Positions 16,228-22,939 of a DNA stretch of 22,939 nucleotides are shown piece by piece; position 1 is the stretch's first letter; every line of letters begins with the position of its first letter. The notes beneath the pieces were generated by a model. The model worked only from the letters and a program-made list of their open reading frames with translations, was not told where the DNA came from and ran no database searches. This DNA is from a virus. Taxonomy: Duplodnaviria; Heunggongvirae; Uroviricota; Caudoviricetes. The translations under genes and the position numbers were made by a program. The DNA lies in the IMG/VR virus record IMGVR_UViG_2671181100_000006, positions 1 through 22,939 of that record; one strand, given 5' to 3'.

Positions 16228-16357
16228 TACGGCCTGCAGCTGGGTGAGGGTCATCTACCTGACCGACCACGATATTGACGTGCTGGATAAGCAGACCAAG
16301 CGCGACATTCTGGCGCATAACAAAGCAGTGGAAGTCAACTGCCAGAAAGGGAAGTGA
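16142..16357 (+). CDS. o-spanin (Rz1-like outer-membrane lipoprotein), overlapping the i-spanin in another frame
   Basis: Signal peptide with lipobox (MTMLIASC). Begins inside the i-spanin gene in a different frame and extends beyond it. Confidence 0.6.
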   Translation: MYSKPLVICLMTMLIASCAKSLPAPVVVDTACSWVRVIYLTDHDIDVLDKQTKRDILAHNKAVEVNCQKGK

Positions 16358-16418
16358 TATTGCTCAAAATTAAATGAGATTTATCTTAATTGCTTTAGTG
16401 CCAGGAAGTAGATTGAAG

Positions 16419-16664
16419 ATGCTGCAATTGGCAGTATCACTCTGGGACATAACAATGGGACAGTATTACTACGTCAATAAAAATGTTCAGGCAAACGGAG
16501 ATCATGAGGTGCATGTCACCGGGTGTACCTTTATGCCTGCATCAGAAAACCGCGTGTACCTTGGAATATTTGAAACCTGCCGTCCTGCAGTAGTAGAAGC
16601 GAAGAAATATTATTCTCAATCAAATGGTTGTTATTACTGCTGTAGAGCTTGTCATACTTCATAG
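16419..16664 (+). CDS. Hypothetical small protein with Cys-rich C-terminus (…NGCYYCCRACHTS)
   Basis: Track ORF 16374-16664. Start uncertain (ATG at 16374, 16419 or 16455); AGGAAG lies upstream of 16419. Followed by a terminator. Confidence 0.4.
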   Translation: MLQLAVSLWDITMGQYYYVNKNVQANGDHEVHVTGCTFMPASENRVYLGIFETCRPAVVEAKKYYSQSNGCYYCCRACHTS

Positions 16665-16682
16665 TTAACCAAAAACAATCGC

Positions 16683-16708
16683 AAGGTCGCCAATGGCGGC
16701 CTTTTTTA
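16683..16708 (+). terminator. Rho-independent terminator
   Basis: AAGGTCGCC-aat-GGCGGCCTT (one G-U wobble) followed by TTTTTT. Confidence 0.5.
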
Positions 16709-16731
16709 TTGCCAGAAGCAGGAGAAGAAGC

Positions 16732-16926
16732 ATGTTAACAGTAAAAGTAATGTCACCAGATGGTGGCGAAGAAATCCATTGCGGCCTGAGCGTTGGTTTC
16801 AACCCCAATCAGCAGAGTATCGCAGTGTCGGGAATGGACCAGAACGTTTTCCTGAAGCAGGGAGAAGTGGCGTACGTGATGAACGCAAACGGAAAGACCA
16901 TTTCCCGTTACGAGCACTTGACCTGA
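16732..16926 (+). CDS. Hypothetical small protein (64 aa)
   Basis: Start at the internal ATG (MLTVKVMSPDGG...) preceded by AGGAG; the longer track ORF would run through the terminator. Confidence 0.5.
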   Translation: MLTVKVMSPDGGEEIHCGLSVGFNPNQQSIAVSGMDQNVFLKQGEVAYVMNANGKTISRYEHLT

Positions 16927-17264
16927 CAATAAGCAGCACTGGCGCCCTTCATTGAAGGGCATCAATAATGATAAACCGAAGCATCTGCCTTAAGTGTTAT
17001 AAAAAACCCCGTGGAGGAAATCCCAAAGCTACGGGGTGCTGTACAGCCAGCCAATGACTGATTGTAGCCACGAAGTTGGTTTATTTTCTACTGGTTGAGA
17101 ATAAAACTGAGAGCCAGGAAGGCTTGAGAGTGGCTCATTCATGAGCTCACGGGTAGAACGGCAGACTTTGTCATGGCAGAGCAAAGTTATAAGTTAGTTT
17201 AGGTAACATTTCGGATATAACAAGCGTAGCGGGGTATTCCTAATAATGGAGCACCGCAGCTAAA

Positions 17265-17303
17265 GCATTACAGGAGCCATTCACCGAGTGGCTTCGATAA
17301 TGC
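17265..17303. repeat. Copy 1 of a ~40-bp nested stem-loop element (GCATTACAG-gAGCCAttcaccgagTGGCTtc-GATAATGC)
   Basis: Outer inverted repeat GCATTA/TAATGC; inner stem AGCCA/TGGCT; loop TTCACCGAG. Lies 25 nt upstream of the ATG at 17329. Confidence 0.6.
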
Positions 17304-17328
17304 TCCCCACATCGCACAGAGGTAAGAC

Positions 17329-17574
17329 ATGGCAGAGATCACCGTATCCGAACAAATCCGCCTGGATATCATCAAAAAAGTTAACTACGACACCGCAGCG
17401 GCCAAGCTGGCCATTGACTGGGTAGGGGACAGCTATCTGAAGTCTGAGCTATTCGCAGACTCTTTCGATCGTGTTTTCACGGAAAGCGAGATTGTCTCGA
17501 AGACCCGTAAGGCCATCCAGGAAGCGACCGAAGCGCTGGCGCTGTTTGATACCAGCGCAGAGCAGGCGAGCTAA
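17329..17574 (+). CDS. Hypothetical protein (81 aa)
   Basis: RBS GAGGT. Flanked on both sides by copies of the stem-loop element. Confidence 0.6.
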   Translation: MAEITVSEQIRLDIIKKVNYDTAAAKLAIDWVGDSYLKSELFADSFDRVFTESEIVSKTRKAIQEATEALALFDTSAEQAS

Positions 17575-17575
17575 G

Positions 17576-17614
17576 GCATTACAGCAGGCATTCACTGAGT
17601 GCCTGTGATAATGC
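17576..17614. repeat. Copy 2 of the stem-loop element (GCATTACAGc-AGGCAttcactgagTGCCTg-TGATAATGC)
   Basis: Same outer inverted repeat. Inner stem is AGGCA/TGCCT, a compensatory G-C swap relative to copy 1 that preserves pairing. Begins right after the stop codon of the 17329-17574 gene. Confidence 0.6.
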
Positions 17615-17679
17615 CGTGCTCAATTGCGGTACTGTTGTTTCCCCTGTTAATCTGTCCCAAACAAACCGATGGGGATAGG

Positions 17680-18060
17680 GACGTGAAAAAGTTACTTTTT
17701 GCAGCATTAATTGGTGTTTCAGCTTTAACAATTACCGCATGTGCGCCAACAGTCCAGAAAGTAGATTACAACCAGAGATCAATGCTTTTATCTCTTGGAA
17801 TGAATAAAAACGACGTCATGCAGATCATGGGGTCGCCACGCAGGACTGATGTGAACCAGGAACGCGAACGCTGGATATACTGGAATAAGGCTCTCTATGG
17901 TTACACAATCATTGATAACGAACAATTGGCTAACGATCGACTGGTTATAACGTTCGTTAATGGTAAGGTCACCAAGTGGGGTCAGCAAACGCTGACTGAT
18001 GACATAATGGAGTCATCACAAAAGAGTGCACAGGCTTATGCTGAGGCATTCAAGAAATAG
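17680..18060 (+). CDS. Phage lipoprotein, BamE/SmpA-OmlA-like (moron)
   Basis: Start at GTG (MKKLLFAALIGVSALTITAC...) giving a signal peptide plus lipobox ITAC; the longer track ORF start is unlikely. BamE-like assignment (...LSLGMNKNDVMQIMGSPRR...ERWIYW...) is from memory. Confidence 0.55.
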   Translation, partial: DVKKLLFAALIGVSALTITACAPTVQKVDYNQRSMLLSLGMNKNDVMQIMGSPRRTDVNQERERWIYWNKALYGYTIIDNEQLANDRLVITFVNGKVTKWGQQTLTDDIMESSQKSAQAYAEAFKK

Positions 18061-18079
18061 ACATTTCAGTCAAATGATA

Positions 18080-18104
18080 ACCTCGCTTTGGCGGGGTTTT
18101 TTTA
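18080..18104 (+). terminator. Rho-independent terminator
   Basis: CCTCGC-tttg-GCGGGG (one G-U wobble) followed by T8. Confidence 0.6.
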
Positions 18105-18125
18105 TATCTAAAAGAGGTAAAACCG

Positions 18126-18311
18126 ATGAGCTTTAAACATGAACTTGGTCAGGTGGTAACCGTTACTATCAGTGAAGAAAAAGGGCATATCAAAGCTCGC
18201 GCTGAATATACGCATAGCCCCAATCAGTACCTTATTCATTATCACGCAGCAGACGGGCGAGCTGTAGACGCATGGTTTGAAGAAGGGGAGCTGTCTCCAT
18301 CTGCACTGTAG
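18126..18311 (+). CDS. Hypothetical small protein (61 aa)
   Basis: RBS AAAGAGG; compact ORF between a terminator and copy 3 of the stem-loop element. Confidence 0.5.
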   Translation: MSFKHELGQVVTVTISEEKGHIKARAEYTHSPNQYLIHYHAADGRAVDAWFEEGELSPSAL

Positions 18312-18317
18312 ACGCAC

Positions 18318-18360
18318 GCATTACAGAAGCCCTTCACATTGCGAGGAGCTTTGATAATGC
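18318..18360. repeat. Copy 3 of the stem-loop element (GCATTACAG-AAGCCCttcacattgcgagGAGCTTt-GATAATGC), more diverged
   Basis: Same outer GCATTACAG...GATAATGC arms. Inner region has an insertion and one stem mismatch. Begins 7 nt after the stop of the 18126-18311 gene. Confidence 0.5.
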
Positions 18361-18498
18361 GAATGAATATCATTATCGATGGATGGAAGGGGGTGTGTAG
18401 ACGTTTAGATGTCTAAATGTCTACATGGTCGATTTCTCCTGGCAATGTGCAAATGATAGTCATTATCATTTAAGGGTCCTCCCAGAGGGGGAGGTTAC

Positions 18499-18520
18499 CA
18501 CGGGGCGGCGGACTCGCGGA
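18499..18520. other. Candidate cosN (cohesive-end site); predicted 12-nt cohesive end GGGCGGCGGACT at 18503-18514
   Basis: CACGGGGCGGCGGACTCGCGG matches the phage lambda cosN region as I recall it (TACGGGGCGGCGACCTCGCGG) at 18 of 21 positions. Lies ~115 bp upstream of the Nu1-like small terminase gene, the lambda arrangement. Confidence 0.55.
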
Positions 18521-18631
18521 AAACGGCTAGTTTTCATTTTTCATAGTCATCATCATCATGTGCACAGGTTATTGATTTTCCAGATGTCGGATTTTCAATG
18601 ATGTCGAATCGTATAAAAAGTGTTCACCATC

Positions 18632-19123
18632 ATGGATCAGGAAATCGCTACTTTAAAACTCAATATCAACCAGCTTGCCGGGATTACTGGCGTACACCGG
18701 CAGACCGTCGCTACCAGGCTAAAAAATGTCAGTCCCGCCCAGGGAAGCAACAGCAAACTTAAGTTGTATCTTGTCACCGATATTCTGACAGAATTAATGA
18801 TCCCGACGGTTTCCTCATCGAATCTTGAAGAGATGACACCCCCTGATCGCCTCGCTCACTGGAAAGCAGAAAACGAGCGGTTGAAATTTGAAGTAGATAC
18901 CAAACAACTTATCCCCGCCGAAGACGTCGCACGTGAATTTTCAATGATGGCGAAAGCCGTCGTCATGGTACTTGAAACACTTCCGGACATTCTTGAGCGC
19001 GACTGTGCACTTACGCCGGTTGCGGTATCACGCGTGCAAAGCGTGATTGATGACCTGCGCGATCAGGTTGCCCAAAAAGTAATGGACGCTGAACCAGAGG
19101 AGGATGAGCCAGAGGAGGACTGA
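18632..19123 (+). CDS. Terminase small subunit (lambda Nu1-like, N-terminal winged HTH)
   Basis: N-terminus LKLNINQLAGITGVHRQTVATRL... parallels lambda Nu1 (VNKKQLADIFGASIRTIQNW...); acidic C-terminus. Start is ATG at 18632 or GTG at 18620. Stop overlaps the large-subunit start (ATGA). Confidence 0.7.
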   Translation: MDQEIATLKLNINQLAGITGVHRQTVATRLKNVSPAQGSNSKLKLYLVTDILTELMIPTVSSSNLEEMTPPDRLAHWKAENERLKFEVDTKQLIPAEDVAREFSMMAKAVVMVLETLPDILERDCALTPVAVSRVQSVIDDLRDQVAQKVMDAEPEEDEPEED

Positions 19124-21231
19124 TGACAAAACGGGCATCTGCCAGGGGGATACGCCGCGATGTCTCCGGTATTCTTCGTGCCCCACGTCGTATGCAGGTG
19201 GCCGATGCGGTCAGCTCATATATGCGTGTGCCGATGGGGGCGGGTAACTCCGTACCATGGGACCCCAATCTGGCCCCTTATATTATTGAGCCGATGAATT
19301 GTCTGGCATCCCGTGAATATGATGCGGTGGTGTTTGTCGGACCGGCCCGAACCGGGAAAACGATTGGCCTGATTGATGGCTGGATTGTCTACAACATCGT
19401 TTGTGATCCCGCTGACATGCTGGTTATTCAGGTCTCCGAAGAGAAAGCGCGTGAACATTCCAAGAAACGCCTCGATCGCACATTCCGGTGTAGTCCGGAA
19501 GTAAAATCGCGACTCAGTCCGCGTCGTAACGACAATAACGTTCACGACCGCACCTTCCGGGCCGGTAACTATCTCAAACTGGGCTGGCCGTCAGTCAACA
19601 TTATGTCGTCGTCAGACTATAAAAGCGTGGCGTTGACTGACTATGACCGCTTTCCTGAAGATATCGACGGGGAAGGTGATGCATTTTCCCTGGGTTCGAA
19701 ACGTACCACTACGTTTATGTCCAGCGGCATGACTCTGGTTGAGAGTTCACCTGGCCGAGATATTCGTGACACGAAATGGCGACCAAACACCGCACATGAG
19801 GCACCGCCGACTACCGGCATATTATCGTTGTTTAATCGTGGTGACCGCCGCCGCCTTTACTGGCCGTGTCCGCATTGCGGAGAATATTTTCAGCCGGAGG
19901 TAGCCAATATGACGGGCTACCGGGATTCCCTTGATCCCGTTGTGGCAAGTGAGTCTGCATATCTCCAGTGCCCGGCCTGCAAAGGCAGGATCACCGCAGA
20001 TATGAAACGTGAACTGAATATCCGCCATGTCTGGTTACGCGATGGAGAAAAAATAGATCGTGATGGCAACAGATTTGGGGAGCCGCGGCGATCACGCATC
20101 GCTTCATTCTGGATGGAGGGGCCTGCGGCTGCATATCAGACATGGTCGCAGATGATATACAAATTCCTGACTGCTGAGCAGGAATATGAGTCCACCCAGA
20201 GTGAAGAGACGCTGAAAACGGTAGTTAATACCGACTTTGGTCGGCCTTATCTACCCCGAGCCAGTCTCGAACAACGTAAGAGTGAGCTGCTCGAACGACG
20301 CGCTGAAGACGTGCCGAAGCGATCTGTACCAGATGGTGTGCTCTTTATGACTGCAACCGTTGATGTGCAGGGCGGTAAATCCCGTCGTTTCGTGGTTCAG
20401 GTGACTGGCTACGGTGAGCAGGGTGAGAGATGGCTGGTAGATCGCTACAACATCCGCCAGTCTCTGCGGGCAAACGAGCACGGTGAATGTTACTCCATCG
20501 ATCCGGCAAGTTACCCGGAAGACTGGGATTTACTTTTGTCTGACGTGTTCGAAAAGTCATGGCCCTTAGCGAGTAACCCGTCAAAACGCATGCGGCTCAT
20601 GGCGATGGCTGTCGATTCCGGCGGTGAGGATGGTGTCACCGATAACGCATATAAGTTCTGGCGTAAGTGCCGCCGGGATGGGCTTGGTAAAAAGATTTTC
20701 CTCTTCAAGGGCGACAGTGTCCGACGCTCAAAACTAATTACCCGAACATTTCCTGATAACACTGACAGATCAACTCGCCGGGCAAAAGCCGCTGGCGATG
20801 TGCCGCTTTACCTTCTTCAGACTGATGCGCTGAAAGATCAGGTGAATAACGCCCTGTGGCGAGAATCACCCGGCCCGAACTATGTGCATTTCCCTAAATG
20901 GCTCGGCAGCTGGTTTTACGATGAGCTGACCTATGAGGAACGTTCACCCGATGGAAAATGGAGCAAACCGGGCCGAGGTCCGAATGAAGCTTTCGATCTA
21001 CTCGTTTATGCCGATGCGCTGGCCATATTGCACGGATACGAAAAGATCAAATGGCCGGATGCGCCTGAATGGGCGAGGCGGACAACGTGGATCGAAGAAA
21101 GCACGCCGGAAACTGGCGAAGTGTCACCCACGTTATCAGCAAAAACGACCCATAGCAGAAAAAAACGGAAGGCAAATAAGCCGGATGTTGAAAACAATCC
21201 GTGGACTACATCATCAGGAGGCTGGGTGTGA
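19123..21231 (+). CDS. Terminase large subunit (lambda GpA-like)
   Basis: 702 aa. Recognisable similarity to lambda gpA: WPCPHCGEYF vs ACPHCGEEQY, VNTDFG vs VNTTLG, NEAFDLLVYADALA vs NEALDCFVYALAAL. RBS GAGGAGG. Confidence 0.9.
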   Translation: MTKRASARGIRRDVSGILRAPRRMQVADAVSSYMRVPMGAGNSVPWDPNLAPYIIEPMNCLASREYDAVVFVGPARTGKTIGLIDGWIVYNIVCDPADMLVIQVSEEKAREHSKKRLDRTFRCSPEVKSRLSPRRNDNNVHDRTFRAGNYLKLGWPSVNIMSSSDYKSVALTDYDRFPEDIDGEGDAFSLGSKRTTTFMSSGMTLVESSPGRDIRDTKWRPNTAHEAPPTTGILSLFNRGDRRRLYWPCPHCGEYFQPEVANMTGYRDSLDPVVASESAYLQCPACKGRITADMKRELNIRHVWLRDGEKIDRDGNRFGEPRRSRIASFWMEGPAAAYQTWSQMIYKFLTAEQEYESTQSEETLKTVVNTDFGRPYLPRASLEQRKSELLERRAEDVPKRSVPDGVLFMTATVDVQGGKSRRFVVQVTGYGEQGERWLVDRYNIRQSLRANEHGECYSIDPASYPEDWDLLLSDVFEKSWPLASNPSKRMRLMAMAVDSGGEDGVTDNAYKFWRKCRRDGLGKKIFLFKGDSVRRSKLITRTFPDNTDRSTRRAKAAGDVPLYLLQTDALKDQVNNALWRESPGPNYVHFPKWLGSWFYDELTYEERSPDGKWSKPGRGPNEAFDLLVYADALAILHGYEKIKWPDAPEWARRTTWIEESTPETGEVSPTLSAKTTHSRKKRKANKPDVENNPWTTSSGGWV

Positions 21232-21443
21232 AACAAACCGATATTGAATCCATTATCCAGCGTTATACCGATGCGGAAATAGCTGTGCTGGATGGAAAGT
21301 CTATTACATTCAACGGACAGCAGATGACGCTGGAGAACCTGTCCGAAATCCGCAAGGGGCGTCAGGAATGGGAGCGCCGTCTTGCATCCCTGTTGGCTCA
21401 ACGTCACGGGCGACCTGGTTATAAACTCGCGAGGTTTCCATGA
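21228..21443 (+). CDS. Head-tail joining protein (lambda gpW-like)
   Basis: Start placed at GTG 21228 (AGGAGG RBS; GTGA overlap with the terminase stop). Small protein in the W position, with a C-terminal ...RHGRPGYKLARF resembling gpW ...RRGPAGFYV. Confidence 0.55.
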   Translation: MKQTDIESIIQRYTDAEIAVLDGKSITFNGQQMTLENLSEIRKGRQEWERRLASLLAQRHGRPGYKLARFP

Positions 21444-22939
21444 GCCTGTTAGATGATGCGATTGGCGTCTTTTCCCCTGGATGGAAAGCGGCGCGGTTAC
21501 GTTCGAGAGCAATGATACAGGCATATGAAGCTGTTAAGCCTACTCGTACGCATAAGGCCCGCAGGGAAAATCGTTCCGCTAACCAGCTTAGTCAGATGGG
21601 AGCTGTTTCACTTCGAGAACAGGCTCGCTGGTTGGACAATAACCACGATCTGGTTATTGGTGTATTCGATAAGCTCGAGGAAAGGGTAGTTGGAGCTAAA
21701 GGAATTATTGTTGAGCCACACCCGGTTCTAAAAAACGGAAATATAGCAAAAAAACTGGCAGAACAAATCAGAACGAAGTGGGCCGAATGGTCAGTCAGCC
21801 CTGAGGTTACCGGACAGTTTACCCGCCCGATGCTTGAGCGGTTGATGCTCAGGAGTTGGCTCAGGGACGGGGAAATTTTCGCTCAGATGGTGAGTGGCTC
21901 AGCGCAGGGACTTGATCCAGTGGCTGGCGTACCTTTCTGGCTTGAAGCGCTAGAGGCTGATTTTGTGCCGATGACCAACAATGAGTCACAGCAACTTTGT
22001 CAGGGGGTTTATGTCGATAACTGGGGGCGCCCGAAAAAGTACCTGGTTTATAAAAGTCTGCCTGTTACCGGCCGTCAATTGGATACGAAAGATGTCGATG
22101 CCGGGAATATGCTTCATCTCAAATTTACCCGCCGTCTTCATCAGACCCGAGGGACCTCTCTCCTTTCTGGTGTGCTCATGCGCCTCAGTGCGCTGAAAGA
22201 ATACGAGGATGCGGAGTTAACGGCAGCACGTATTGCAGCTGCGCTGGGGATGTACATAAAAAAAGGAGACGGGCAAAGTTTTACGGACGATACCACCAAA
22301 GACAATCGTGACGTAATGATTGAGCCAGGCATTATTTATGATGATCTGCTGCCCGGTGAAGACATCGGGATGATCAAGTCCGACAGACCAAACCCTAACC
22401 TTGAAACATTCCGAAATGGGCAATTGCGCGCTGTCGCTGCCGGTGCTCGTCTCAGCTTCTCCAGTACAGCCAGAAACTACGATGGAACATACAGTGCCCA
22501 GCGCCAGGAGTTGGTTGAATCAACAGATGGTTATCTAATCCTTCAGGACTGGTTCATCGGCGCAATCACCCGGCCAATGTACCGAAACTGGTTAAAAATG
22601 GCGGTGGCTTCTGGCGAAATTCAGCTACCACGTGGGCTGGATATGGCGTCGCTTTACACCGCAGTTTATTCCGGTCCGGTCATGCCATGGATCGACCCAG
22701 TTAAAGAAGCTAATGCCTGGAAAGCGCAAATCCGAGGTGGTGCTGCGACAGAATCTGACTGGGTGCGAGCTAGCGGACGCAATCCGGATGATGTGAAACG
22801 TCGTCGCAAGGCTGAAGTTGATGATAACCGCGAACTGGGACTGGTGTATGACACCGATCCTGCAAACGATAAAGGAGGCACCAGTGCCGAAGTCAAAGAA
22901 CCGGACGCCCCGTCGTCCGAAAGCCAGCGCAAGAAGTAA
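21440..22939 (+). CDS. Portal protein (lambda gpB-like)
   Basis: 499-aa protein immediately after the W-like gene, with the size and position of a lambda-type portal. Stop codon at the window end. Confidence 0.85.
   Translation: MSLLDDAIGVFSPGWKAARLRSRAMIQAYEAVKPTRTHKARRENRSANQLSQMGAVSLREQARWLDNNHDLVIGVFDKLEERVVGAKGIIVEPHPVLKNGNIAKKLAEQIRTKWAEWSVSPEVTGQFTRPMLERLMLRSWLRDGEIFAQMVSGSAQGLDPVAGVPFWLEALEADFVPMTNNESQQLCQGVYVDNWGRPKKYLVYKSLPVTGRQLDTKDVDAGNMLHLKFTRRLHQTRGTSLLSGVLMRLSALKEYEDAELTAARIAAALGMYIKKGDGQSFTDDTTKDNRDVMIEPGIIYDDLLPGEDIGMIKSDRPNPNLETFRNGQLRAVAAGARLSFSSTARNYDGTYSAQRQELVESTDGYLILQDWFIGAITRPMYRNWLKMAVASGEIQLPRGLDMASLYTAVYSGPVMPWIDPVKEANAWKAQIRGGAATESDWVRASGRNPDDVKRRRKAEVDDNRELGLVYDTDPANDKGGTSAEVKEPDAPSSESQRKK

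Noticed and set aside
19216-20762. Several minus-strand ORFs inside the terminase large subunit gene
   Set aside because: Antisense to a gene with clear lambda gpA similarity; no start signals.
21006-21524. Minus-strand ORF 21006-21524 spanning the terminase/W/portal junction
   Set aside because: Antisense to three well-supported, translationally coupled genes.
1-22939. Search for CRISPR arrays, tRNA or rRNA genes and IS elements
   Set aside because: No regularly spaced direct repeats with unique spacers, no cloverleaf-like candidates and no transposase ORF with terminal inverted repeats were seen; the only tandem repeats are the origin iterons and the three stem-loop elements.

Overview
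The window is a contiguous ~23 kb stretch of a lambdoid, cos-packaging prophage from an enterobacterial-type genome, running from the integration module through immunity, replication, late control, lysis and into the head-packaging genes. All calls rest on reading the supplied translations and the DNA by eye; no database search was run. Gene order: P4-type tyrosine integrase (1-1167, +), an AT-rich 437-aa cargo gene of unknown function (1226-2539, +), then a leftward early operon (2580-7673, -) encoding an AlpA/Xis-like excisionase, a DEDDh exonuclease, a Cys-rich protein, a MazG/DUF550-like pyrophosphohydrolase, a DGQHR (DndB-like) protein, an unannotated 44-aa membrane peptide, a ParB-like protein, a hypothetical protein and RdgC. 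This is followed by a ~650 bp non-coding leader, a cI-like S24 repressor (-), cro and cII-like genes (+), an O-like initiator with internal iterons, Dam methylase, RusA, a DUF968-like protein, a phage-82-type Q antiterminator, a moron, the lysis cassette (holin, small membrane protein, GH19 endolysin, overlapping spanins), a moron cluster, a lambda-like cosN, Nu1-like and GpA-like terminase subunits, a gpW-like protein and a gpB-like portal. The two best candidates for something undescribed are the integrase-adjacent AT-rich cargo gene and the translationally coupled ParB-like / DGQHR / MazG-like module. A third is a ~40-bp stem-loop element present in three copies (17265-18360) whose inner stem shows a compensatory base-pair swap between copies. 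No tRNA, rRNA, CRISPR array or IS element was recognised.
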